Positions 1 through 9,100 of a stretch of DNA of 64,000 nt are shown here, piece after piece. Source of the stretch: Myxococcaceae bacterium (lineage in GTDB: Bacteria; Myxococcota; Myxococcia; Myxococcales; UBA5297); assembly GCA_017500825.1 (NCBI GenBank), contig JAFVYB010000081.1:9448-73447 (forward strand). Direction: 5' to 3'. Position 1 is the first letter of the stretch. Every line of letters starts with the position of its first letter. The notes beneath the pieces were generated by a model that was not told where the DNA came from, made no database searches, and saw only the letters and a list, made by a program, of their open reading frames with translations. Position numbers and translations under genes: made by a program.

Positions 1-431
1 CCGATCGCCCGCCCCGCGAGGCTCATCTCCGAGAGGATGCCCGCCACCTTGCGCGCGCCGATCAACAGGTCGTTGGGCCACTTGATGGCCGCCTGGACGC
101 CAATCTCCTCCAGCGCGTCGCGACAACCCAGCGCCGTGGCCAGCGTGATCAGCGGCGCCTCCTCGATGGCGAGCGCTGGTCGCAACAGCAGCGAAAACGC
201 GAGATTCACCCCCGGCGGCGAGACCCAGCTGCGCCCTTTTCGACCGCGCCCCTGGCTCTGGCGCTCGGCGTGGACGAGGTGTCCGTGTGGCGCGCCGCTC
301 AAACCATCCTCGCGGGCGATGTCCGACGTCGAGGTCGCCTCCCGCAAAAGGCGCGTCGATCGCCCGAGCGCGCGCGTCTTCAGAAACGCCAACAGCCTCT
401 CTTGCGTCAGATCCCGCGCCGCCTCACTCAT
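1..431 (-). CDS. birA: Biotin--[acetyl-CoA-carboxylase] ligase, runs off the window edge, no N-terminal HTH
   Basis: Manual translation of the minus strand from ATG at 431 gives MSEAARDLTQERLLAFLKTRALG...AERQSQGRGRKGRSWVSPPG...IKWPNDLLIGARKVAGILSE. The GRGRxGRxWxSP, KWPND and KxAGIL motifs are present. Not in the ORF track because it is truncated. Confidence 0.93.
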   Translation of the reverse strand, partial: MSEAARDLTQERLLAFLKTRALGRSTRLLREATSTSDIAREDGLSGAPHGHLVHAERQSQGRGRKGRSWVSPPGVNLAFSLLLRPALAIEEAPLITLATALGCRDALEEIGVQAAIKWPNDLLIGARKVAGILSEMSLAGRAI

Positions 432-1665
432 CGCGACCTCCGTCCCGCCCCTGCCGGGCGCGTTGCCCACCGCGAACAAGTCGCGCGTGAATCGCCTCCA
501 GAGCCCAGCGCGTGGCCCGGCGCGTCGGCTTTGTCCGCGAGAGCAGTCGGGCGAACGAATCGCCGTGTCGGTAGTAGGCGCGGACAAACCGCCTCCCCAG
601 AGGATGCGGCACGAGTCGCGCGTCGCGAAAAGCGCGAAAATCGTCGAGCTCCGGTGCCCCCTCGCCAAAGGCCATGGTCGCGACAAAGCAGGCGCCCTTG
701 GGAACGATCAGGTGCAGCGCGCCCGAAGTCAGGTTCTCGGCGGCGGCCAGACTGCCCGTGCACGAATAGAGAAGCGCCACCAGATCGCCCGCGGCTGCCG
801 GGATTCCCTTCTGCGAGGCGTCGTCAAATTCGAGCAGGCGCGCCGGCTCTCCGAGCAGCTCAAACCCGATCGCGTAGTGACTCGTGACGCCGTGGTTCGT
901 CCGCCTGATCGTGCCGACGCGACCGATCAGCGCGCCAAAGCTCTGCCCACACTTCGGACACGCCAGGCGATGAAACGCCTTCTGCGCCGCCACCTCGTAT
1001 TGCGATCGCTTGCGGCAGCGGGTGGCCAGACACGTCAGCTGGACCTTGAGCCGTTCATCCGAGCGCGGGTCGTAGCGCGAGACACCTGTGGCGCGGTCAA
1101 AGACCGGCGGCGTCCCCCCCATGCCGACAAAGCGAAAAAGCACCCCCTCGCACATGGCCTGCCGCGCCGCCGCCATCGCCTCGCTCGCGAGCAGGTCCGC
1201 CTCGACGATCCGCCCTTCGCCCATCGCCACGAGCGCCCGCAGGTGCAGCTCCATGGCCCGTGTCAGCGCGTTCAGCGACGCCATGGATTCCTGATCGAGC
1301 CCGCCCGCCGTCGCGCGCCCCTGCTTGAGTCCGGCAATCGCCTTCTTCAGCCCTCCCAACGCCTCGCCCCCCTCACGCCCACTCGCCGCCGTCCCCTGCG
1401 CCGCCTGTTCCGCGATGGTCGTCACGCGCGCCGCCGCCGCCCCCACGCAATAGAGCCGCGCGAGGCAATCGATCGCCGGCGCCACGAGCTTTTGCGCCAT
1501 CTGCGCCGCCGGGTCGTTGTCGCGCCTGTAGGCGGGAGGTTCGGGCAGCGCGCTAAAGATCGCCTTGGCCTCCAACCGCAGGGCGTCGAGCCCGGGCAAC
1601 TTGCGCGCGTCGAGAGCGCCGGAGCGCGCCTTGGCCTCCTGAATCAGCTCGTCTGCCGTCTTCAT
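424..1665 (-). CDS. Protein with a Zn-ribbon-like segment and a C-terminal CFI-box-CTERM-like domain
   Basis: C-terminus GACFVATMAFG...LDDFRAFRDARL...GRRFVRAYYR matches the CFIATA-type pattern. CLATRC...CPKC occurs mid-protein. GAGG RBS precedes ATG 1665. The stop overlaps the birA start (ATGAGTGA). Confidence 0.7.
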   Translation of the reverse strand: MKTADELIQEAKARSGALDARKLPGLDALRLEAKAIFSALPEPPAYRRDNDPAAQMAQKLVAPAIDCLARLYCVGAAAARVTTIAEQAAQGTAASGREGGEALGGLKKAIAGLKQGRATAGGLDQESMASLNALTRAMELHLRALVAMGEGRIVEADLLASEAMAAARQAMCEGVLFRFVGMGGTPPVFDRATGVSRYDPRSDERLKVQLTCLATRCRKRSQYEVAAQKAFHRLACPKCGQSFGALIGRVGTIRRTNHGVTSHYAIGFELLGEPARLLEFDDASQKGIPAAAGDLVALLYSCTGSLAAAENLTSGALHLIVPKGACFVATMAFGEGAPELDDFRAFRDARLVPHPLGRRFVRAYYRHGDSFARLLSRTKPTRRATRWALEAIHARLVRGGQRARQGRDGGRDE

Positions 1666-1946
1666 CGCGTTCGCCTCATCTTGATTGAACGAAGTTTGGG
1701 CCTCTCGCCCCACGTTGAACGCGCCGCGCCACCTCAAGAGCGTCCCGGCGCCCCCTTTCACCCGCCCTCAGCCCAAAGCGGCGCGCCATCTGCAATGTCC
1801 ACCGCCTCAAGAAAAGCCCGCGCCGCCCAAAATCACGCGCCCGCCCGCGTCCCTTCTCATCCGCCCCGCCCGCCCAGTCGCGCGGCCAAAAAATGGACGG
1901 CAGGCGACATGTAGGACAAAAGACTACGCACCGTTCCGGAGGTCCC

Positions 1947-2381
1947 ATGTTCCACGTCGGCAAGCTCCTGTTCATCTCTGTCCTGGCCATCGGCCTTGGC
2001 GTCTTCCTCGGCACCGTTCCCCTCGCCGACGGCCTGACCGCCGCCGAGCACAGCGAAGCCTTCTTCGACCGCGACAGCGCCCCACGTTCCCAAATCCACG
2101 CCGCCAAACGCATCGAGTCGCGCCAGGCAGCCCGCGTCGCCGCGCCCAAAAACGCCCGCGCCACCTCCCGCCAAAGCGCCCGCGCCGCCTCAACCAAACC
2201 CAAAGCCTCCCCGGCCCAGGTCGCGACCACCAGAACAGCGCCGCCGCCCGCAGCCATCGCCGAACCGCCCGCCGCGCCCATGGCCCCGATTACCGCCGGC
2301 GCCGCCAATTCACCCGAACAGGCCAGCGCCTCTGACAAAGCCGCCCTGGATCGAATTATTTCTGGAAAAACAGGGCGTTAA
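1947..2381 (+). CDS. Hypothetical membrane-anchored protein with an Ala/Pro-rich linker
   Basis: GGAGG RBS, hydrophobic N-terminal segment (LLFISVLAIGLGVFLG), low-complexity middle. Confidence 0.6.
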   Translation: MFHVGKLLFISVLAIGLGVFLGTVPLADGLTAAEHSEAFFDRDSAPRSQIHAAKRIESRQAARVAAPKNARATSRQSARAASTKPKASPAQVATTRTAPPPAAIAEPPAAPMAPITAGAANSPEQASASDKAALDRIISGKTGR

Positions 2382-2470
2382 CGCGCCGTGTTCCGCGCTT
2401 GACGATGCAAATCGCCAAAAATAGACGCGCGCGCCCTCGTCAAAGCCAATCGCCCCCAAAGGTAAATAAA

Positions 2471-2746
2471 ATGGCACGCAAATCGCACTCTCTCTCTCTC
2501 TCTCTTGAAACCGTCCTGTGGAATTGTCGCGTCGCCCTGCGTGGCGTTGGCAGCGGCGAAAAAAATCGCGACGCCGTCATTGGCCTGTGCTTTTTAAAGT
2601 TTGCCGGCGATAAGTTTGAAAAACGCCGCGCTAAAATCGCGGAAGAAAACCAGGATAAAGATCCGAAACTTATAGAAATTCTGCAAAAGAAGGTGTCTTC
2701 TTATAATGCAGATAATGTTTTCTATTTGAAGGAAACCGCGCGTTGA
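2471..2746 (+). pseudogene. hsdM: Truncated N-terminal fragment of a type I restriction-modification methyltransferase (HsdM)
   Basis: SLETVLWNCRVALRGVGSGEKNRDAVIGLCFLKFAGDKFEKRR...NVFYLKETAR resembles the HsdM N-terminal domain. It stops at TGA where a Trp is normally found, with no continuation. The DNA is much more AT-rich than the flanks. Confidence 0.8.
2488..2505 (+). repeat. (CT)9 dinucleotide microsatellite at the 5' end of the hsdM fragment
   Basis: ctctctctctctctctct read directly; encodes SLSLSL. Confidence 0.9.
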
Positions 2747-2979
2747 GCTGAATTTTTCAAATAATTCATTTTTTTTTGTCTAGAAGATTGTGGCGTTTTT
2801 TTAGATTGGTTGTTTTTTTTATGTTGGAGACATCATGGCTGTTGCCCTTCATTATGATATTTTCTCCTTAAAAAAGTATATCTCACGTCTTGCTGTATAC
2901 GCCTCGCAAAAATGTTGAGGAGGCAAAAATTCTGTCCATCAATCCACGCGAATTTTTTTATTGTTACGGCGCGGCGCTG

Positions 2980-3567
2980 TCACTCCTCAATGGGTTGGCC
3001 GGTTTTGAGATCAAAGGTGACGCTGCCGGCGGTGCAGTCGAGGCGCAATGTTTGCAATGGGGTATTGGGGTTGGCGGAAATATCGCCGGAACGGAATTTA
3101 TCGAGCTGGGCGACTTCGTTTTCGCCGGGCGCGATGGTCGGCAAAAGCAATTTGTATTGGCCATTGAGCGTCAGCGTCACTTTGTCCCAGGGCGCTGCTC
3201 CGTTGTTTTCCAAATAAAACGCCGTGATCGATTGCTGGAGGCTTTCGACTTTTTGCACGCGCAGGCGCGCCGTCGTTTGCAGGCCGCCGTCGCCGCAATG
3301 GGGCGTGAACGCAATCAAAAGGGCGCAAAGAGAAAGCCCCGCCCATGTCGAAACAATGCCCGCCTTTTTTTTGATGACCGGATCAGCCTCGCGGATTTGT
3401 TCGCGCGTTCGGTCAATCCAGGCGCGGAGGCGCTCTTTGAAGGGCGCGTTGTCCGGGAGCGCGTCGGGCGTGGGTTTGCCCGCGGTGGGGGCGTCTGAGG
3501 TCGGCGGAGCGGGTTGCCTGGTAGGTTGAGGGGGCTGTTGCGCGGTTGATGTGGGAGGTGTAGGCAT
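2980..3567 (-). CDS. Hypothetical single-pass membrane protein
   Basis: 3' part of ORF 2980..5037 from MPTPPTST: Pro-rich N-terminus, TM segment (WAGLSLCALLIAF), beta-rich C-terminal domain. Co-oriented downstream of the TPR lipoprotein. Confidence 0.65.
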   Translation of the reverse strand: MPTPPTSTAQQPPQPTRQPAPPTSDAPTAGKPTPDALPDNAPFKERLRAWIDRTREQIREADPVIKKKAGIVSTWAGLSLCALLIAFTPHCGDGGLQTTARLRVQKVESLQQSITAFYLENNGAAPWDKVTLTLNGQYKLLLPTIAPGENEVAQLDKFRSGDISANPNTPLQTLRLDCTAGSVTFDLKTGQPIEE

Positions 3568-3602
3568 GATGTGGGGCTGCTGGGGTGAGGGACGCGAAGG
3601 CG

Positions 3603-4967
3603 TCAGGGCTGTTTGGCGATGGATTGCAGCATCTTGGCGGCGAAGACGTTTTGCGGCTGCAGGTCGAGGACCTTTTCGAAATAGCCCGCCGCTTTTTCGC
3701 CGAGCGCCCGGGCCTTTTCGGGGTTGGTCTCCTCGCGCTTGCGCTTCTCCATGTGGAGCATGCCCATGCGCATCAGGACTTCGACGTTGTCGCCGTCGTC
3801 GTCGAGCAGGCGCTGAAAGACGGTTTCGGCCTCGTCGAGCTTTTCCTGACCGATGAGGGCCGCGCCGAGAGAGAGGCGGGCGCGTTTGTCGTCGGGCCTG
3901 AGGGTGATCAGGCGCTTCAGCCAGCGCTCGGCCGGCGCGAATTCGGAGACCTGCAGCGCCATCTGCGCCAGGCGCTCGTAGGCGTGGATGTTGAGCGGAT
4001 CCTGCTCGATGACCGTCTGGTAGCTGGCCGTGGCCCGGTCGAAGCGCTCTTTGGCGAAGTAGAGGTCGGCCAAATAGAGGTGGTTGAGCGGGTCTTTGGG
4101 CGACAGCTCGATGGCGTAGCGGAACTCCTCCATGGCGCGGCTGGCGTCGTCGATGCGCTGGAAGCAGAGGCCGAGAGCCGCGTGGACCGCCGCCAGGTCG
4201 GGGAACTGCTGCAGGATCTCCTGGAAGGTGACCATGGCCTGCTGGGGCGCGTCGTATTGCATGTAGTTGAGGCCGCGCTCGAACTCCTCTGTGACGACTT
4301 TGGGGATTTCGCGGAAGGGCAGGTTGAGGCGGGAGATGACCTGGCGGGCGACGTCGAGGTCGGTGGGGCGCGGCTGCAGGTCGAGGACGGCGCGCAGGGA
4401 GTCGAGGGCGCCCTGGCGGTTGCCGGTCCGAGCCTGGGCCTGGGCCAGGGAGATGTGGTGGCGCGAAGGGGCGGGATCGAGGTCGCGAGCGCGGGTCAGC
4501 GCCTCCATGGCCGCTTCGAAGCGCTCGGCGTCGAGGTGGATGAGGCCGATGCGGAAGTGGTGCTCGGCCACGTGCGGCGCGAGGGCGGCGGCCTGCGTCA
4601 GGTGTTCGAGGGCGCGCGCTTCCTGGGAGGCCGACTGGGCGTAGAGGCCGAGGCCCATGCCGTAGTGGAGGTTGGCGCGGTTGGGCGTGACGGCGATTTG
4701 GGCGGAGAGCTCGCTGAGGACAGGGACGAGCCGACCGCCGCGGAAGGCCGCCTCGACGAACAGGCGCATGGCGTCGTTCGAGTCGGGGTCGCGCTTGAGG
4801 ACCTCGCGCAGGGGATCGAGGGCTTCGACGGGGCGTTTCTCGCCGATGAGCCGGGCCGCGCGCGCGAGGTCGGATTCGTCGGGGCGCAGGGCGGTCGACT
4901 GGGAGGCGCAACCAAAAGACGCCATCAGGGCAAGGGCGGGCAAGAGGGCGATGAGCGGGCGCGACAT
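3603..4967 (-). CDS. TPR-repeat lipoprotein
   Basis: Signal peptide with lipobox-like SFGC, multiple TPR repeats, GGAGG RBS. Confidence 0.85.
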   Translation of the reverse strand: MSRPLIALLPALALMASFGCASQSTALRPDESDLARAARLIGEKRPVEALDPLREVLKRDPDSNDAMRLFVEAAFRGGRLVPVLSELSAQIAVTPNRANLHYGMGLGLYAQSASQEARALEHLTQAAALAPHVAEHHFRIGLIHLDAERFEAAMEALTRARDLDPAPSRHHISLAQAQARTGNRQGALDSLRAVLDLQPRPTDLDVARQVISRLNLPFREIPKVVTEEFERGLNYMQYDAPQQAMVTFQEILQQFPDLAAVHAALGLCFQRIDDASRAMEEFRYAIELSPKDPLNHLYLADLYFAKERFDRATASYQTVIEQDPLNIHAYERLAQMALQVSEFAPAERWLKRLITLRPDDKRARLSLGAALIGQEKLDEAETVFQRLLDDDGDNVEVLMRMGMLHMEKRKREETNPEKARALGEKAAGYFEKVLDLQPQNVFAAKMLQSIAKQP

Positions 4968-5313
4968 CTGGGGTCCTCCGAGGGCGGCGGGCGATGAGGC
5001 ACGCCCTAGCCCAAAAAAAAGCGCGGGCCCCTAACACGCCCCCAGAGACAAATCATTCAGAAGTGAGGGCCGCTCCGGGCGCATGGCGCGAACGGGCAAT
5101 CGCCTCCAAAACGCGCCTGTCCCTTGTCGCGACAGAGGTGCGCCGAAGGGGGAGCGCCGGGCCGTTGAGTTCGGCACGGTTTGTGAAACGCCAACGCCGA
5201 CGCCGCCTCATCCGCCTGGACGCGCGCGCCTTGACTTTTGAGGCGTTTCTTGGCGTCGGGGCCCGCCCTCGGGCTAACGCCCCTTTCCACCTTCCAAAAA
5301 CAGAGAGGTCCCC

Positions 5314-5958
5314 ATGAAAAAAATGTCGCTCCTCCTGACCGCCCTGCTCCTCGCCCTGGCCCTGCCGCTGAACGCCAACGCGGCCGCGCCGGGAGGTCCC
5401 ATCCATCTCGACCTGGGCATCGGCTGGTCCTCGTCACTGAACAATTACTCGTCCGACTATTACGAGGGCACCGAGTCGCAGGGGCCGCAGTTCCTGCTCG
5501 GCCTCAAGTTCCGCGTCTCACAGTCGCTCATGCTCGGCCTCGAAGGTTCGCTGGCCATCCATCCGTGGAGCTATGGCTACGACTACGGCTACGACGACTA
5601 CGGCTACGCCTATGGTTACAGCTACGAGATCAAGGCCAAGAACCGCATCTTCTTCACGGGCGACCTGACGCTCACCTACTACCCGATGCGGATCTTCTAC
5701 TTCATGGCCGGCGCCGGCTTCTCCGGCCTCAACCTCTCGTATGAGGCGGGCTACGGATCGGGCGGCGCGAGCTTTGGCGACCTCGACGGCACCGAGTTTG
5801 GCTGGAATGGCCTGCTCGCCCTCGGCATCGACCTGCCGATCATCCCGTTTTTCCGCATCGGCTTTCAGCTGCGCTACCAGGGCGGCTACATCATGAGCGG
5901 GGATGAGCTCTACGACTTCAACCTCTTCTCCGGGAACATCACCTTCTCGTTCCTCTGA
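5314..5958 (+). CDS. Outer-membrane beta-barrel protein (OmpA-like 8-strand type)
   Basis: Signal peptide ending ANA-A, alternating beta-strand pattern, FYFMAGAG motif, aromatic C-terminal strand ITFSFL, GAGG RBS, own terminator. Confidence 0.8.
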   Translation: MKKMSLLLTALLLALALPLNANAAAPGGPIHLDLGIGWSSSLNNYSSDYYEGTESQGPQFLLGLKFRVSQSLMLGLEGSLAIHPWSYGYDYGYDDYGYAYGYSYEIKAKNRIFFTGDLTLTYYPMRIFYFMAGAGFSGLNLSYEAGYGSGGASFGDLDGTEFGWNGLLALGIDLPIIPFFRIGFQLRYQGGYIMSGDELYDFNLFSGNITFSFL

Positions 5959-5985
5959 GAGAGGCACCCGGGCGCGACGGACTGG

Positions 5986-6018
5986 CGGCCTTCCCGACAT
6001 CGGGAGGGCCGTTTTTTT
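5986..6018 (+). terminator. Rho-independent terminator
   Basis: cggccttcccga / tcgggagggccg stem followed by T7. Confidence 0.85.
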
Positions 6019-6187
6019 GTGCGCGAACGCAAAGGCAGACAGGGCAAAAGGCCGCCCGCGACGCCCCCCAGGCGCCTGACGTGAAGCGACCCGGAAACGC
6101 GCCCGCCAAGTGCCGCCGACCCCTGGACAAAGGCGCGCTGTGCCCATCTGTCGCCGCGCCCACGCCTTGTTCCCCCGGAGTTTCGCG

Positions 6188-9100
6188 ATGAGCTTTGACC
6201 GCCGCCTGTCGTTCTGGACGATCGCCCTCTCATTCACCCTCGCGCTCTCAAGCTGCGGCCCGTCGACCGGGAAGGCGCCCGAGGTCAGTCCAGAACCGCA
6301 GAGGGAATGGGAAGAGGCGTCCATGGCTTCGCGGCGCGTCGATCTCAGGCTGGCGGAGACGCCGGGACGCGTCATGGGCCGGGACGAAACAGTCCGCGTC
6401 ACCTCGCGCCCGATGCCGCTCTTCAACACGGTGCCCATCCCGCGGCAGGAGAAGCGCGCGAATCCCCGTCGACCAGGTCCTGAGGCGCCCGAGGGCACGC
6501 CGCCTTTGCCAGAGCGATTTGTCACGACCGACGCGGGGGCGGCCAAAGAGGCGTTTGCTGTGCGCCAACACGCGCCTGTGGGCGAGGTCGAGCGGCCGCG
6601 GGAGGTGAGGCTGCTCTTTTCGGAGGATGTGGCCGAGGCCGTGGCCGGCGCTGTTCTGGATGAGGTGCCGATCGCCCTGACGCCCAAGGTGAGCGGCACG
6701 TGGCGGTGGCTCGATGCGCGCACGCTCGCCTTCACGCCCAAGCGACCGTTTCCCCCGGCGACGACGTTTGAGGTCGAGGTGGCGGCGGCCTTTCGTTCGG
6801 CGCGTGGCGAAAAGCTCTCAGAGGGCGCGCGTTGGCGTTTTTCGACCGGTGGCGCGCAGCTTTTGGGCGTCTGGCCCGACCCGGGCGAGAACGAGGCGGC
6901 GTTGTCCGACTGGCCTCGCGACGCGCCCTTGCTCCTCGCCTTTGACCGCCCTGTGACCGCCGGGGACGTGAAAGGCCGGCTGGCGCTGACGAGTGAAGGG
7001 GGCGTCCATGAGCTGCGCGCGCTCGAAGAAGCCGAGATGGCCCGCGACCCGCTGATCCGTGACGCCGCGTCCCGCTGGCCCAAGGCGCACCGCGTGGCGT
7101 TCAAGGCCGTTCATCCCCTGCCCGCTGACACCGAGGCGACGCTGACCATGGCGTTCGACGCGTCGCTGCCGGACGAAACCCAGCGCCTGACCGCGTTTCG
7201 CACAGAGAAGAGCTTTTCGCGGGCTGAACTCACCTGTTTTTGGGCGCCGTTGCCGATGGCGCGCGCCGAGCTCGCCATTGACGCCCGCATCGATCGCCAA
7301 AGCCTCACAGAGGATCGGCTGCGGCTCGAACCACCGCTGGCGAATCAGTCGATCGCGCTCGTCCGCGAGGAGACAGGGGCGCGTCGGGGGCGCAGCGTCG
7401 TCGTGGTGACGGGACAGCCGCCGCCGGGGACAACATCGATCAAGGCCACCCTGCGCGCCGGGACCCGCGATGAGGATGGCGTGTCGAGCGAGGTGGATCT
7501 GACCGCCGCGTGCGCGCTGAGCGCCGAGACGCCGCGTGCCTGGCCAGTCGCGGATTTGCAGGTGTCGCCGCGCGGTGAGCTCGCCCTGCACGCGACCGCC
7601 GCCATGTCGATCGAACTCGCTGTCACGCCCTTGGGCGAAGAGGCGCGCGCCCAGGCTGTCGACTGCCTTGCCCAAAAAACTGTCCGCGAGTGCCTGCCCC
7701 CAAAAATCGAGCCGAACGCCCGCCGCCAAATCGCCATCGCGCCGACGAGCGGGGAAGAGGAACGCCAGGGGCGGATCCGCGTCGACTTGAGCGAGCACTT
7801 TGCCGAGGGCGTGAACGCGCTCTTTGTGACGCTGTCGGGCGAGGGCGTCGAAGGCGGTCCGATCTGGATCGCGCGCGAACACAACCTGATCTTCGCCGAG
7901 CAGATCGGCGCCTCGGTGGTGGCCTTTGTCGTGTCGGCCGAGGATGGCGCGCCGCGCCCGGGCGTCGAAGTGCGGCTGGTCGACCAGGACAGGCGCGTCC
8001 GCCGGGCGGTGAGCGATGGGCAGGGCGTTGCCCGATTCGAGGATGTCGAGGGCGCCGCTGCGCGCGTCGAGGCAGGGAACGCCTTTGCGCCAGTTTTTCG
8101 CGAGTCGCCCGCGCCGCGATTGTTGACACCCCTTCTCGCCCACAGGCCCGGGGACGCGATTCGACTCGGCGGCGTTGTCTTTCCCCGGGGAGAGGCCGCG
8201 CGCCTGGCCATCGAGATCGCCGGTGTGGGCATCGACGCCAGACAGCCTCCGCGCGCCACTGCCGCCATCGACAAAAACGGACGATTCGATCACGCCATCC
8301 GACTGCCGAGGAGCGTTCCCGACGGCGCCGTCGAAGTCCGCCTGCGTCCCATCGATACGCGTGGCGCCCCGGCTGGCCGCGAGACGCGCGCGCTTATTCC
8401 CGTGGGCCATTGGCAGCGCGGTGGCGAATTGCCGCGCCTCTTTGTCCTCGGCGACGAGGTCCTGGCCCAAGAACCCCTGCTCTTTCAGCTCGACGAGGAC
8501 GCAGCGGAACAGCCGGACAGGGCGCTTCGCTGGCGTGTCGAGGCGGAGACGGTCGCCCTCGGGTTTGGCGACTTGCCCGGCTTTGTCTTTGGCGATGGGC
8601 GGCGGACCTGGGCCCGACCGCCGGCGTGGGCGCGCGCGCTCGACGAAGAGGACATCTGTCGCGCGGATGGACGCGTTGGGCGGATCTCGACCCTCCTTGG
8701 CGGCGTCACGGCCAGCGCGGAGAGCGGCGAGGGGTGGCCGTTGGCGCTGTCGGCGAGCGTGCGTGGCGAAGAGAGCCCCCGTCGGCCGCAGGTGGTTCAA
8801 GGACTCGTGCAGCCAGCGACGCGTCTTGTCGGACTGCGGGCCAAACGCGCCTTTTGGCGACAGGGAGAGACTGCGGAGATCGAGGTGGTCGTCGTCGATT
8901 TGGGCGGCCAGATCGCGCCCGGACACACCGTCGACCTGGAGGTCCTGGCGCTCAGGCCCGAGCCCTGGCTGGGCGGTCACAGGCTGCGCGAAAAGCTCGC
9001 GTTCGCCGAATCGCTGCGCAGCGGGACCATGCCGCAGAAAGCGCGGATCAGGCTCGACGAGCGGGCGCTGCACCGGGTGGTGGCGCGCGTGCGCGATGGG

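Noticed and set aside
37-1914. Long + strand ORF (625 aa) and similar long antisense or alternate-frame ORFs (e.g. 6818..9118, 13198..15315, 25191..28391, 32367..34940, 51201..53018)
   Set aside because: Shadow ORFs typical of high-GC DNA. They overlap genes with clear motifs and have Arg/Gly/Pro-rich composition with no recognisable domain.
2472-2487. Sigma54-like TGGCACGCAAATCGC
   Set aside because: It overlaps the hsdM start codon with no downstream + strand gene to drive, so it is probably coincidental.
2744-2746. TGA at a Trp position in hsdM, suggesting recoding (genetic code 4) or Sec
   Set aside because: Many intact genes here end in TGA, and the frame hits TAA five codons later. 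This is a pseudogene.
5171-5187. CGGCACGGTTTGTGA upstream of the OMP gene as a sigma54 promoter
   Set aside because: The -12 GC is replaced by GA, too weak to call.
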